Origin: Hydrolagus colliei
Taxonomy: Eukaryota
NCBI GenBank assembly: GCA_035084275.1
Contig: CM068763.1
Location: 7,750,001 to 7,814,000 of the forward strand
Reading direction: 5' to 3'
DNA length: 64,000 bases
The translations under genes and the position numbers were made by a program. Positions 48,219 to 61,511 of the stretch are shown here, in pieces (the stretch's first letter is position 1; every line of letters begins with the position of its first letter). The notes under the pieces are model-generated. The model worked only from the letters and a program-made list of their open reading frames with translations, was not told the DNA's origin and did no database searches.

Positions 48219-51200
48219 CTGTGGAAAACAAACCTGTGATTAGTTACGCATGTGAACACAGCATTGGATTACCTTCTGCTATCCCTTAGCGGAACTAGAT
48301 TAAAGGTTAGTTACTGGGCTCTACAGATTGAAAATTAGTTTTAGAATCAAACAACAATTTGCATAGCTACTTTTGTGTAAGATAACATCAATATAGCCAA
48401 TACTGCACCAGTAGTTCAAGCCTGAACTATTCTAGTCTAAAGCCACCCCCATAAAGGATAAGATGCCAGAAAGACCACAGCAGAAAGACCAGCACAGCAG
48501 TATGTAGTTCCTGAAGCAAAATACAGTGTCCTCACAACAAGGCTCCATTGTAGTAATTCAAAGCAGCCAATCTAGTTTTTTTTAAATGTGCAGAGAAAAC
48601 TTGGGGATGTGCAGAACTGAAAGATTGTCCCAGTCTGCCCAGTCAATCCAATCTCTCTCCATTACCCACAGCACCCCCACCCTCCATTTTTCAGCAACCA
48701 CTAATCCAATTCCCCTCAGATAATTATCTGCACTGCCTGTGTACCTGCGCAATTTTTTCCATTTGTACATAACACTTAAAGAACATGAAAACAGTCCATT
48801 CACCTTGCCCATTTTGCCATGACTACTTGACCAAATCACCAGAACTGGAGAGACTGCCGTTAGTGTCTGAATGAAAATGTCAGCCTGTAACTACAATCCT
48901 GTCTACACACAGAATTGTAACTTGAAATCACATCTCAATTCCTGCAACACCAGATGGAGAGCTATCCACAGCATCGTGTGCATTAGAAATTACGTCCAAT
49001 CTGCAGAGAATTATTCAGCCGTCCAATATGCTGAGTGACGACTTAAAATTAGTTTTCTTCCAATAATGTTTGTTGATAAAAACTATTTTGCATAAAGCTA
49101 TTTTGCCCACATCCAAAATGCTTCACTATAAGGCATTGATATACAATGCAAGCACACAGAAGCAGTAAAATACAACTAATTTATTAAGCAACTTCAGAAC
49201 TGTCAGAGGTGCCGTGTTAAAGATATGAATACTGGACTTTTATCCATTCAGGTCCAGTACTAAACACCCCTCTCCGTGTGGAATACTGCGCTTCTCCAGC
49301 TCAGTGGCCTCTGGCTGCCATTTTGTGAGTCCGGCAGCCATTTTATACTTTGCGGTACTGCAGACCACATCGCAGCACCTCTTCTTCTGGATAGACACCG
49401 TCTCCCCAGTAAATGCCTACAATGCAACACCTTCTTACCTCTGATATATTACACTAGGCTTATAGCTATTTACAGAGCTGAATCGTATGGAGCCTGGGCT
49501 TCTGTTCAGTGTAATCACTGCTCTATTATGTATTAACCATCTGGCCAGTTAGTCTCCACATCTTCTCTTGAAAGGGTTCTATGGGCTAGCACTGTAAACG
49601 GCAGCAGCAGGGCTGCCAATTCAGTTGACTGGAAACCTGTTGCACTAATACATTTAACTGCAAGTAGCAAATCCACACCAAAGTGGTGTTGACCAGGGCA
49701 GGATTACAGCTCCGCAGTGCGAGTACAAGGATCAGCAATGGATGGTGTGGAATCACAGGAAATAGTTATTTTACTATAAAGGTTACATGTGAATTGTCAA
49801 ACTGCTTGAGACATATTCTCAAAATAGAGTAAGATGCTGGAGATGAAGAATTTTTAAACTATACATTTCTAAATTGAACAGCTTTATAACTCAGCTTGAA
49901 ACACTTTGCTCAGAGATAGTTCTGATGCAAAACAAGTTTCTAGTCATGATAGCAGAAAACACCCTGAATGGGTCCGTGGCCATTGTCTTTGGGGGTGGCC
50001 AAGTCATTGCGTCCAGTTATTTTACCCAGATTCAAACTTAAGATTTTGGTTAGCACGATGCAAACATTATTAAAACTATTGCAAAATAGATTTTCCAATT
50101 CTTCCTAATGGTTTTGAAACATATATCTGAGACATGTTGAAGCGCTCCAGCCTGCTAATCAGTGACACTACTGGAGTGTATATGTGAACACCCGGGATAA
50201 TCAAATCATCTGCCAATACTCAAGGTTAAATTAATCTAAGAAAAATGAACACTTCACAAGCCACCAGAGAAACTCACCCATGAAACTGTACAAAACACAA
50301 CTTTTATACATAGAAAACTCATGACTTGAATTTAACAGTTGTTGAGATTCCTCCCGACATGAAAGGCGCTCAAAATGTAAATTTGATGTTATTGTTCTCT
50401 TATAGCTTCCTGCAGAGTTGCAGAGAGACCTCCCAGTGATTTTGCAATTCTGTATTGTTTTGGTCCTTGGATTGAGGTGTTTTGTGTTTCTACCACTCCA
50501 ATATTGTACAGTTACAGACTAAATCCCCACTCTACCCTTCTGTGGTAAGATCTGAAAATTCCATTCTGTCTTACATCCCACCTCATAGCAGGTACCACAC
50601 TGTGCAAAATACCCTACCCTCAAATATTTGATAGATGCCATAAGCCTCACTGCACAGGTTTATAGCTAGTTAACTGAGACTGGTTCACTGTAGATACCAG
50701 AAACTTTTACTTGACTGAAGCAGAAGTAACTTCAAGTCAAGTGGAAATTTAAATCCTCAAGAGTTCAAAATCAGCCTCTTAAGTCACCTTTACCCTCCAA
50801 TGATTTAACCAGCTGCCTTTCCCCAGGAGGGAGGATTAAAGAGCATTGTTATATTACAGATGCAACCTGTATTAAACGTCACATCCACTTCTCCAAATCA
50901 AACAAAATTTTCAGGAGTTGTTAGAAAGTCATCATGCCGTAAAATGCCCCAGTGAAGCTTTCATGTCCCATTTACTGTACCTCGTGCCCTGCCGAGTTTC
51001 ACCGTGGGAAGGAACGCTACAGCACTATTTATAAATCATTTTCAATCAAGGGCACACTGCCTAAAAACTAAAACCTCGCAGCTGTGCACTGTTTGAATTT
51101 TTGCCAAGTAAATTTTTCATCAGTCTTGGCAATGAATGAATGACACTCACAGTGAAAGGCAGGAGGGTTTGTGATGGTGTGACGTCAAGTGGGGATGGGA

Positions 51201-51822
51201 GGTGCAGTACACGCTGACTCCAAGTACAGTCTCAGGTTTGCTCTTTCCCTGCATCAAGCTGCTGTCTTGCTGTCTGATGAATAAGAGCAGGAAACCCTCT
51301 CTCCATTACTCCTGGCTCTTCTCATTCTGAAGCACATGGCTAATCTGCATATATGAAGTCCATACCACTCCCTGTCTGAAAGGTTAGCTTGGAATCCTCC
51401 ACTTCGGGGGCTGTCTGCCTGGGAGGCCTTGGATTCCTGCCCAATATTCGATAGTGACAAGCCAACAGATGGGTCGGGGCTGCTAATAAACAAGGATTGC
51501 CATGTGACTTGCCACATGGCATAGGAAGCCAGGGCATTTATTAAGACACCAGTTTCCTACTCAAATCAGCACTGAATGCTATCCCAACGCTAAACAGTTC
51601 CACGTGGAGATAGAACACCAACCAGAAGTCACTACTGTACTAAATAGTGAGTCACACCAGAGCACAACAACCTTGTACCATTCAGGTACATACAGGGGTA
51701 CAACTTCTGTTAGAATACACATCTAGTTCAGTCATGATCTGAATATCAATTTGAATAAAATAAACAGATAAACTGTATTAAGTCATGAAACATACTGAAA
51801 TGGGTTTCTACATAACACACTA

Positions 51823-52060
51823 GAGAATCACAGAATTTTACTGCACAAAATGAGGCCATTCGCCCCATCTAGTCTGTGCCGGCTCTTTGAAAAGAGCAAC
51901 TCAATCCCACTCCCCATAACCTAACAGATCTGTTCTCTCTAAATAAAGATCTAATTCTCTTTTAAACGCTGTTATCGAATCAGACTCCACCACCTTTTCA
52001 GGCAATGCATTCCAGATTCGAACAACCAGCTGAGTGAAAACATTTCTCCTCAGCTCCCCT
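51823..52060 (-). mobile_element. CR1-like LINE 3' end
   Basis: Reverse complement of the 3900-4146 terminus (gaggccattcg.cccatctagtctgtgccggctctttgaaaagagc). Confidence 0.75.
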
Positions 52061-55000
52061 CTGCCTCACATACCTCACATCTTCAAATACCAGAATAGCT
52101 TTCAGTCCAACACATCAAACTCAGTACAAAACGTGGTCAAAGAGTAACTGCAGGTTTGAAGCTATAACCAACAACAGCAACAGGTCTCTCCAAACCTGGC
52201 TGCGCCTCAGAGCGCTTATCAATGGTGGAGGCTAGGGCTGAGCCAGTGGGAGGGAGAAGGTGACTGTAGGCGTAGTCGAAGAGGATGGTCTTCAGGCACG
52301 AGCTGAAGATTTGGAAAGAGGAGGTGAGGCAAAAGGGGTGTACAAGGGAAACATCAAACTATCTCTGTTGAGCTGACATTACCCAGTATTTATACAATGT
52401 TTATTTCCAAGTGGAGATCAGTCACTCTTGTAAATCAAGTCTACCTAAGCTGCAGACCCTGCATTCAATGTACTGCCCCCACCCCTTCTCTACAATAAGC
52501 TACAATTGTGAGAACTGATGCAGTTACAAATAAACTGAATTCTCAGATAAACAACTATAACAATTCCATTAAACTTCCAGCAGCGACTGATGTGAAGACT
52601 GATCCCTCAACTATAGACAACTGACACACACATGAATCTGCTGATTGGGTCTGATCAGAAGTGGCCAGCGAGACGCAAACATCACCGGTACCAACCAGCA
52701 GCTGCTTGTCTATTCCCCCAGTACACATCCACTACCCAACAACTGAATACTAACCTGTCCTGCACAATCCCTGAGGGGCAGAGGTAGCAGGAGAGAAAGG
52801 TCGGGAAAAGTATGATTTCCCCCACCCCAAATTAAAGGGTCCTTAACCAGCATTACTGCAAGTATATCCCAAAGCCTGGGGCAGGACACACTACTCCAGT
52901 TGTCATTTTAAAACTTATTAGGCAAAAATAAGTCTTACATTGTAGCAAAATCCATTCCTCATTTGTATGCACCCCATCAACAAGATTCCACAAGCCACAG
53001 TCTGACATTCAGGCAACTAAGAAACCCCAGAAATTTTAATTATGGGTGGAACTCCCCAGGTAGGAGTTCCACCCATAATTGCATATAGGAGTCTATAGAC
53101 GACACTAGAGTCAAGCTCCAGTAACGCTTTTGGAAGACGAACCTCACATCATTGATAATTTCTGACACTTGCAATGAGAATATGGGTTCTCAACACTTGT
53201 AGATTCCAAACAGCATTGTGATCAGCCTCACTTACAGCTGCAATGATTTTAAAAAAAGATGAAAAATAACATCTTTATCATGAGCACACATAGGAGAAGG
53301 CAGGGAGGGTATCACAATTCAAGGCAATAGAATCCTGAGTATAAAGTGTGAAATCCATTTGCCAGGTTGCAATTCACAATTATTTTAGAATCCCAAATGC
53401 CATCAATACGTCTGATTTAGGTGCATTTTAAAAAATGCTGTCGAAAGTTTTAAGCATTTGTGTTTATCTGAAAATCACAACAAAAAAATTTAATTGCAAA
53501 TAATGTTAAGGAATTAGGTGTGCACATCACACAAACTATTATCACCACTTCCTATTCTGCGTACAGCTTTAAAACTGTGGCACAAATAGTACAGAATGCA
53601 TTACTGAATCTTCCCCTACCTCCTCCAAACAACCAGATGGAGGAGCCAACAGCCTTATGGCGAGTGGGATGAATACTGCACTTAACAGTTTCCCATTTTT
53701 ACATTCAGTCAAGAATTAGAGATATTATTTAAACGGAAACTGCAGAAAGACACACCATGCCTAATAAATACAGTAATTGGCAGATGCAGAACTCAAAGGT
53801 CATTGCTAAGTATCACTGCACTTTGCAACACTACATGGCATAAAGTCTACAATTCTCTCATCTCTGAGTAACATGTAGCCAAGTACAAAGATTGCATGTG
53901 TACAGCAAACAGTGGGCACCATGGCAGAATGGAATATTCCCACAATTGGAATCTGGGAACCAGATGTAAATTGCTGGGGTGATGCACCCACTTTTTGTCT
54001 TCCCCATCCGAAGCTGGGACCAACTAAACTCGGGATAGTTTTGATTTTCAAAACATTATGCATTGCAGACACCATTAAAACACAAATCCAAACACTGGAA
54101 GGTGTCTCAGCAAAAACAGAAATAATCTGGTCGCTGAACAAAATTCAACACTACACATGTCCATTGCTGTTTCACACACACGCTTGCTTCACACACATAC
54201 AAAATCTAGTGAAAGAACTAGAATGGCCAATCTGAGTTACATCTAAACAATCTAACTCTTCACCAATCTAACTCTTCTCGAAGATCTAGAGAAGGGGAAA
54301 CAACAAGAACCCTACAGTGTTATCCCTGTAGTGTTAACACTATTTCAGCGCCTTGGGTCGTCCTCCCGACGTGAAAGGTGCTCTATAAATGCAATTATGT
54401 TTGTTGTATAAGCACCCATGATGTAATGACACAAGACAAGAGATCAGGAATCATAGACATCACTCTGCTACTGAAGAGCACCCTCTGAATCAAGCTGATT
54501 ATTCCTTGCTGGCTAAAGGCCCACCAATCCTGCTGAATGTACTCTCTGTTACACCGGGTCAGAATGGAATTCTACTGTTTCTAATCAGGTTAAAAGAATG
54601 GAAAAAGTACTCCTGCTAGCAGACAGGTTACAAACTGCCCAATATATCTAGAATCATAACTCCTGGATTGCCCTGTTGTTTGTATTCTCTGTTCCCCACC
54701 CACCCAATCCAAACACACAACAACCTTAACCACCATATAATTCCATTGGGATGCACATTTGCAAAAAACCTCACTAGCAGTCCACCACATGCAGCGAGGA
54801 TGCATGAGTGCCAACACCACCTAATAACCTTCCACCAGGTATAACAGATAACGCAGCAACACATGCGGCCAGAAAGCAGAAAGCACATGCTGAGGCCGAG
54901 GTTCCGGGTCCCGTCTCCATCACTGCAATACCAGACACATTGATGAGCAATTCATTTTTAAATATTAACGTTAACTAGTTACCAAGTCCCATTGATGATT

Positions 55001-56974
55001 AGCGTGCAATATGCTGGTGCAGTTCCCTGTAACGGTTGTAAACGAAACAAATGAAACACTTAAATCTGTGAACAGTGAGAATGCTCACCATAGCGTAACT
55101 TTCAAACAGGGTTTAACATTAATGACAATGAGCGGGATTTCCAGCAATATAAATGCTGGGAATTGCCTCTTGCTCAGACCCCAGACATCTAGGTGGGAGC
55201 CACACAAGTGACAAGAGACAATACCTTAAACCAGGGAAGAATTTTACAGAATATTTCTCCCTATTAAATTGGCCATAGTATTTTTCCTGTATTATTTACC
55301 CCTCCTAGGAGGTAATTGAACACCCTTATGATTAGGAGGTGGAGAGGGGGAAAGGGAGAAGAATGGGGACAGAGTATCGCAAGAATGGAATTGACAGCCT
55401 CTATCCTTTCTAAAGCACCCATGAATCCCTCACATAAGGTAGTCCACAATAGTTTGGGAGAAATCCAGTTGGTTTTGTTGCATCAGCATTTTATTTCAAA
55501 ATCATAGGATACAGAAAGGAGAAAGGCGCCTTCTTTCTTCAAATCATCATAAATAAAGCATAACTAGTTAGACACCAACTCAAATTTAAGTATTAGAAAA
55601 TATCTTCCCAATCCCAACAACTTTGCTGAATGCAAAAACAATTGTTGCAGTCATCCAGGGAGCTATAGTACTGGCTCCAAAGAGAGTTAATAGGAGCAGG
55701 AATATTAAAACTGTACAGAGAATGAGCTGGAGAATGGATTACATTGGCTCACATGAAACCTACTGGCCTTTTGGGCAAAATAGTCAATTTCTTTGCTCTG
55801 ACATCTTACAATTCTGTAATTGTTTCTTCTTACATAATATACAGACGATTCTGAATTTACCAAAAATACCTTTATGTGAAGCTGTATAACTTCAAAGCTT
55901 CATCATTCATTAATGCCTTGACATTGAGAAACAGGGGAGAAACACCAGGTTCAGAAGAAGCATGATAAGCCATTCCGCTTGTCCTAACATTTTATTAGAT
56001 CATAGCACATTGTTTAATCCCATTTTAACCTCTTGGGGGAAGGGAAAGAGGGCATGTGGGGTCTGCTTGGGGGCTAAGATGAATTATACAGTGCCTTTCA
56101 CTTCAGGCGGACATCCCAAAAGGCCATCAAGGTGACATGCTTGGCAACATCATATCAGAATTGAATCCACCCTCTGTGGCAGTCTCAGTAGTCCTGTTCC
56201 TGAGCTTGGAGCAGTCACAATTCTCCGGAGCATTGCTGATGATAGACCAGCCAATATTTGTAAAATCAAAAGGAAAACAGTTCACATTGCACCTTCCATC
56301 GGGAAAGCCAATGACCAAAGTACAAACAGCACTTAAACAGGACAAATTAGTTGAGTTTTATATTGTACCAGATAGAAGAATTATCCAATTAATATCACAT
56401 TAGTGTGGCAATAAGAACAATAAATACTCAACCACCTCGCTTACTATTGCTCAGAAGCACATTCAAAAGTCACAAATTATTCAATCTGAGTCAACCTTTA
56501 TTTTTCTAAGATATAAATTTTCAGCCACCATAATCAGCAAGACCTGTACGATTTGATCCATAAAGCACAGCTAGCTGGCTTATGGTTGTTGGGTCTAGAT
56601 CTTGTAAAAACACACATTATGCATTTTTCACAGACAAGCGAATTATTTGGGACATGCATTCCAGATCTACAGAGATGACCCTCTCCTGACAGACAGGTAG
56701 GTTAACAGCAAAGCAGGACCTCACCAATCCACTGCAATGTCCATAACAATGCATTGCTGTACCACTGTCATGAGCAACAGTAGTGATAGTTCAACACAAA
56801 AAAAAATTAGATGAAAAGTTCAGATGAGCAACCCGAGAACATTGGGAGCTCAGTTTCCACAATGATTCTCCCAACCAATTATAGCTCCAAGCCCAGAGCA
56901 CCAAATTCCCATTTCAGTGCAATAATCGAGTAGATAAGCTCCCCAGAAAAACTTTTTTTAATAAAGATTTCAGC

Positions 56975-57370
56975 CTGGCTTGGTTTGCAGACTTTCACCT
57001 GAAATTTCAAACCCCACATCAGGACTTTGTTCTCAGTCTAGGCTGACATTTCAATGCATGCTAGGAAAGCAGCATTGGTGTAATTGCAAAATGACATGTT
57101 AAACCAAGGTCCCGTCTGCCTATTTGCATACATGTTGAAGAATCACTGCACTAATTGAAAGGAGGAAGTAATTTGTGCTGGTACCCTGGTCAACAATTGG
57201 GTAAGTAAAATTGTTCATCAATTTCATGGCTGTTTATAGGTCATTGTTATGGATTGGATGCCATATCCTCCTACAAAGGTTAGCACAATTTACAATAAGT
57301 CATATCAAGTGCTTTGAGACGGCTTTTCAGCACGAAAGGTGCTATATCAAATGCAAAGATCATTATATAC
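56975..57370 (+). mobile_element. Old Deu-domain SINE
   Basis: tcaaaccccac...tctaggctgaca...gttaaaccaaggtcccgtctgcc...gtgctttgagacg...aaggtgctatatcaaatgcaaag. Confidence 0.6.
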
Positions 57371-58139
57371 AGCATGTACCAAGAATAAAATACATCAGTA
57401 GTTAACTTCTAATTACACCAACGTGCCATATGAAGAATCTCAAAAAGCATAACAAATGTAGTGAACACAAAATAGAGAAGTAAACAATGTTGACCAAAGG
57501 AACAGCCAAAGAGACATATTTAAGGAGGGTTTGAAAATGTACTGCTCATGAAACTGAAGCCAAAAATCCTTCAGTAAGGACACTTTAGCTACAAAACCCA
57601 CTGCAAAATATGCTCTCGATAAGAATTTTCTTGACCAGATTCAGTCTGTAATTGATGATTAATATCCATTATTATTTATACAACGCATTACAATATTGAA
57701 CTCCTTTGCGACACTGAAGTACAACACTTACCCCCAAACCACTGGAAACAAAGGGTTACGGCAATGCTTTTCAAATACTGTAATGAATGAACTGCAGAGC
57801 TTCGCTAACTTAGTAAACATTCACTCCTCACAATCAGATCAATAAACAAATGCTGGGATATGCCAGTCTTTATATAAAATACATGAGTTCCAGGGGTTAT
57901 CACCTGTGCAATGGAACTTACACATAGCAACAATACGGGTCAAATATTTCACTAGGGTGAAAGCCAGCTGATGTACATGGAACACTTAAAAAATGAACAA
58001 GCATCAGTACGAAAGAAAACAGAAAAATGACTGTCGAGTCTAGACAAATGACTGACCCAAGACGAGCAGTTCAACACCTCCAATTCTAGAACAATAAACC
58101 CCACACAATCACAGTTGAATCTTGCAATATACGGTAGTA

Positions 58140-58413
58140 AATAATAATAATCCTTGTATTTGATATAGCACTTTTCACGTCTTCTAGAATAATTCACAGA
58201 ATATACTGTATAGTGAATTGACATAGCAGCCAATCGCACACAGCAATGTCCCACAAGATCGTGGATTGAAGTAACCAATTTATTATTGGTTTTTTCTTGA
58301 GGGATTATTATCAGACATATACATTAAAGAAACTTGCTTTTGGCTTGGCGAGAACCAAGCCCAGGTCTCTCACTTTCACGGTGAGTACTCCAACCACTGA
58401 GCTATAGAACTCT
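58140..58413 (-). mobile_element. tRNA-derived SINE (internally deleted)
   Basis: Reverse-complement head agctcagtggttggagtac and tail atatcaaatacaaggattattatt. Confidence 0.78.
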
Positions 58414-58706
58414 ACAGCTATAGGACTTCCCTTTAGGACAAAACCTGGAAATTTCATCCAACTCCTTGTGAAGTTCCAACTGGCAACCAAAACTAAGCAA
58501 AAAAACAAAATATTACAGGGGCCTGCCCTAAAATCTGTCTGGTCATCATGCAGGTTATACTCTGACTGGTCAGCGATTCAGCCCCACAAGTTTCAACTCC
58601 CACCTGTGAGGTTGCAATGACAATGAGGAAAGAGAGAATATGAAAAAAATCACAAATTTGGTACAAACAATAGTGCAACTATTTTTTCATTTAAAAAAAT
58701 TCAACC

Positions 58707-59055
58707 ATAATAATAATTGTTGCATTTGGTATTGGTTTGGGACATCTCAAAGATCTTCACAGAATACTGTAAAGTGATTTTACCATATTTTGTAGGCAAA
58801 ACATGGCAGCCAATTGTGTACAGCTGTACCCCACAAACAATTATGACCAAATAATTATTATTCTTTTTTTTAAAAAAAGAGATTATTGTCTCTGGAAAGC
58901 GATCCACCAATCGACCAACATCCATGTTCCTACTTACTGCTAGGTAAACAATGCTGTGGAGTAAGGAAACTTGTCTAAGGTTTCGCCCTGCCTGGTATAT
59001 CAAACCAGGTCCTCTCACTTGCCGGGGGATTGGGGGGGGTGCTATGCCAGGATTC
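58707..59055 (-). mobile_element. tRNA-derived SINE
   Basis: Shares gtgtggagtaaggaaactt and cttcacagaatactgtaaagtga blocks with the 42537-42860 copy. Confidence 0.72.
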
Positions 59056-59519
59056 CACACAAAAATTGTACTAAACACATTGAAACATTTCAAATTTCAC
59101 AGAGAATTGCTGCCAAATGTGGTTACTGTATTGATGACTAAACATGGCAGCCATTTTGCACACAGAAAGGTCTCCCAGCAAAATGTGATTTGGGGGGCTG
59201 TCGGCCTTCTCTTTTTGATTCATTTCATGGAATATTTAATGTTTGCCTAAACAAGTAAACTGGATCAAGTTTAATATCATATTCAAATGATGTCACCTAT
59301 GACAATGCAGAGCTTCATTAGTATGGAGCTTAATCATACAACTTTCTGACAAAAAGGAGAGTTCTACCAACTGAGCCAAGGATACCCTTTATATAGATCT
59401 TCTGTCAACAAGCTAGACTAAAAATTATGGCAGAATGCTGTCTCACACCAGGCTCTGAGAGCCCAACACCCCATCCTCATTATGTTTCACAGACTGAAAT
59501 TAACTCAAGATCCAAATCC

Positions 59520-59828
59520 ATACAAATGTAATATTGGTTGTTGGTTCCAGTCCAGTTATTTTCACATTTACCATGAACTGCTCCTACACATTAGGTGGTT
59601 GAGATCTAAACTTCAAGTTACACTCCACATTGTATTGTCTGGCAAACTTTTCCCTGCTTCACAATTAACAGGAGTCTAGTGGAAAGAATCTCAGCTCCCT
59701 GTCTCTCCAGGTCCAAGCTGGTTGGTCTGTCATCAGCAATGCCTTGGGAGTACTGCAAACCTATTTGGCTCAGAAACCGGACTACTAAGGCTGTCAAACA
59801 GACTCTCGATTCTGACATTCAGTTGCCA
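59520..59828 (+). repeat. Direct repeat copy 1 (about 300 bp)
   Basis: Highly similar to 60533-60843. Confidence 0.9.
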
Positions 59829-60532
59829 TGAACTTGTCTCATAGTATCTCAGGAATTCCATTGACTTGGCCATTTCCCCACACTCAGCAAACGCCCAGCC
59901 TCTCCTCTCCACAACCAATAGCCAAACCTTCAAACGACATTTTAACTTAAAATCAGAGGAGTATTCCACCTCATCACAACAACATTTCCATGAGGTGAAA
60001 TAGGTGCAGTAGTTTCTATTTGTGGGCAATCACACAGGAAGTTAAAGCTGAATTCAAACCAGAGACCACTGTAATGCCTGGCAGGAACCCCCTGGTTATC
60101 TCTATTGTGTAGACAAGTTGCAAATTATGGCACTAGAGAATGGATGTAAATGAAAGATTGCTTGCCAATCATTCTAGAATTTGAAAAGAAATTATTTTAT
60201 ACACGCAGTCTGGCTCACGCTCTGAGACGCCGTCCGGCATGGATGGCGCTATATGAATCAAAGTTGTTGTTGTTTGTTGTTGATGAGTGGGTCTGAAGTT
60301 TACAGCCCTTGCTCAGGCAATGGCTTCATTTCGATATTTCAGCCTTCACTCTATTATTTTTCTTTGAGGCCTTATTCTTCCAGAAGTGGAAGATGCCACA
60401 TTTGCTGATTGGAGCAGAAAAGACTAGAACCCTGAATGGGTTCATCAGCATCAGGGAGCATGGGAAAATATCAGCATTTATAAAGGTATTTTCACCCCTG
60501 CTATCTGACATCCTCCCAATGTGAACGGCACT

Positions 60533-60843
60533 ATACAAATGTAATTTTTGTTGTTTCCAGTCCAGTTATTTTCACATTTACTATGAACTGCTCCTACACA
60601 TTAAGTGGTTGAGATCTGAACTTCGAGTTACACTCCACTTTGCACTGTCTGACAAGCTTCACAGCTAACAGGAGTCTAGTGGAAAGAATCCCAGCTCCCC
60701 ATGACCGGCCTGCCCCTCCAGGTCCAAGCTGGTTGGTCTGTCATCGGCAATGCCTTGGGAGTACTGCAAACCTATTTGGCTCAGAAATCGGACTACGAAG
60801 GCTGTCAAAGAGACTCACTTGATTCTGACATTCAGAGTTACCA
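60533..60843 (+). repeat. Direct repeat copy 2 (about 300 bp)
   Basis: Highly similar to 59520-59828. Confidence 0.9.
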
Positions 60844-61271
60844 GGCAAGTCACACTGTAGCCAACACAGGCCCAAGATAACCCGGGTTACCTTCCCTCCA
60901 AAGAGAACAGTCAGCACTTCACCGAACATCAAACCTAATCTATACAATGCACAACACTTCTTAACCAACAGGAGGGTGGGAACTTCTGGAGCCCCAAAAA
61001 TTTCATCCGAGATTTAAAAACATCATATCTCCAGACCTGCTCTGATTTCCATTGTCATATTGATTAAAATGATTGGGCACTGTTTCCTCAGTAGCTAACA
61101 AAATCTCAAAAATCCTTTCACCAATCTAACTGGTATATCTTTGCCTCTTTTACTTTGCCACAAATATGCAATGCTACCGTGAACAAGAACCATACTAATG
61201 CAAACTAATAAAGAGGACTTTTTAATTCAACAACACTCTATAGATTTCTTTAAATATCTGTAAGAGTGTAT

Positions 61272-61511
61272 CAAAACCAAAAGTTGCTGGGGAAACTCAG
61301 CAGGTCAAGCAGCATCCATGAAGAAAGGAAAAAGAGTCAAAGTTTCGGGTCTACTCTGACGAAGCCAGAACAAGCCCCAGTTCTGACGAAGGGTTGTAGA
61401 CCCAAAATGTTGACTCTTTTTCCTTTCTCCATGGATGCAGTTTGACCTGCTGAGTTTCCCCAGCAACTTTTGTTTTTTATTCAGATTCCCAGCATCTGTA
61501 GTATTTTGTGC
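61272..61511. mobile_element. Palindromic Penelope-like terminal repeat with hammerhead-like cores
   Basis: About 83-bp inverted arms (61272-61354 and 61396-61478); CTGACGA at 61356 and 61383; same family as 12245-12377. Confidence 0.7.

Noticed and set aside
50702-50750. Imperfect hairpin acttgactgaag...cttcaagtcaagt
   Set aside because: Short, AT-rich and bulged; not enough to call a pre-miRNA.
51180-51187. Perfect CRE palindrome TGACGTCA
   Set aside because: A single 8-mer is expected about once by chance in a window of this size.
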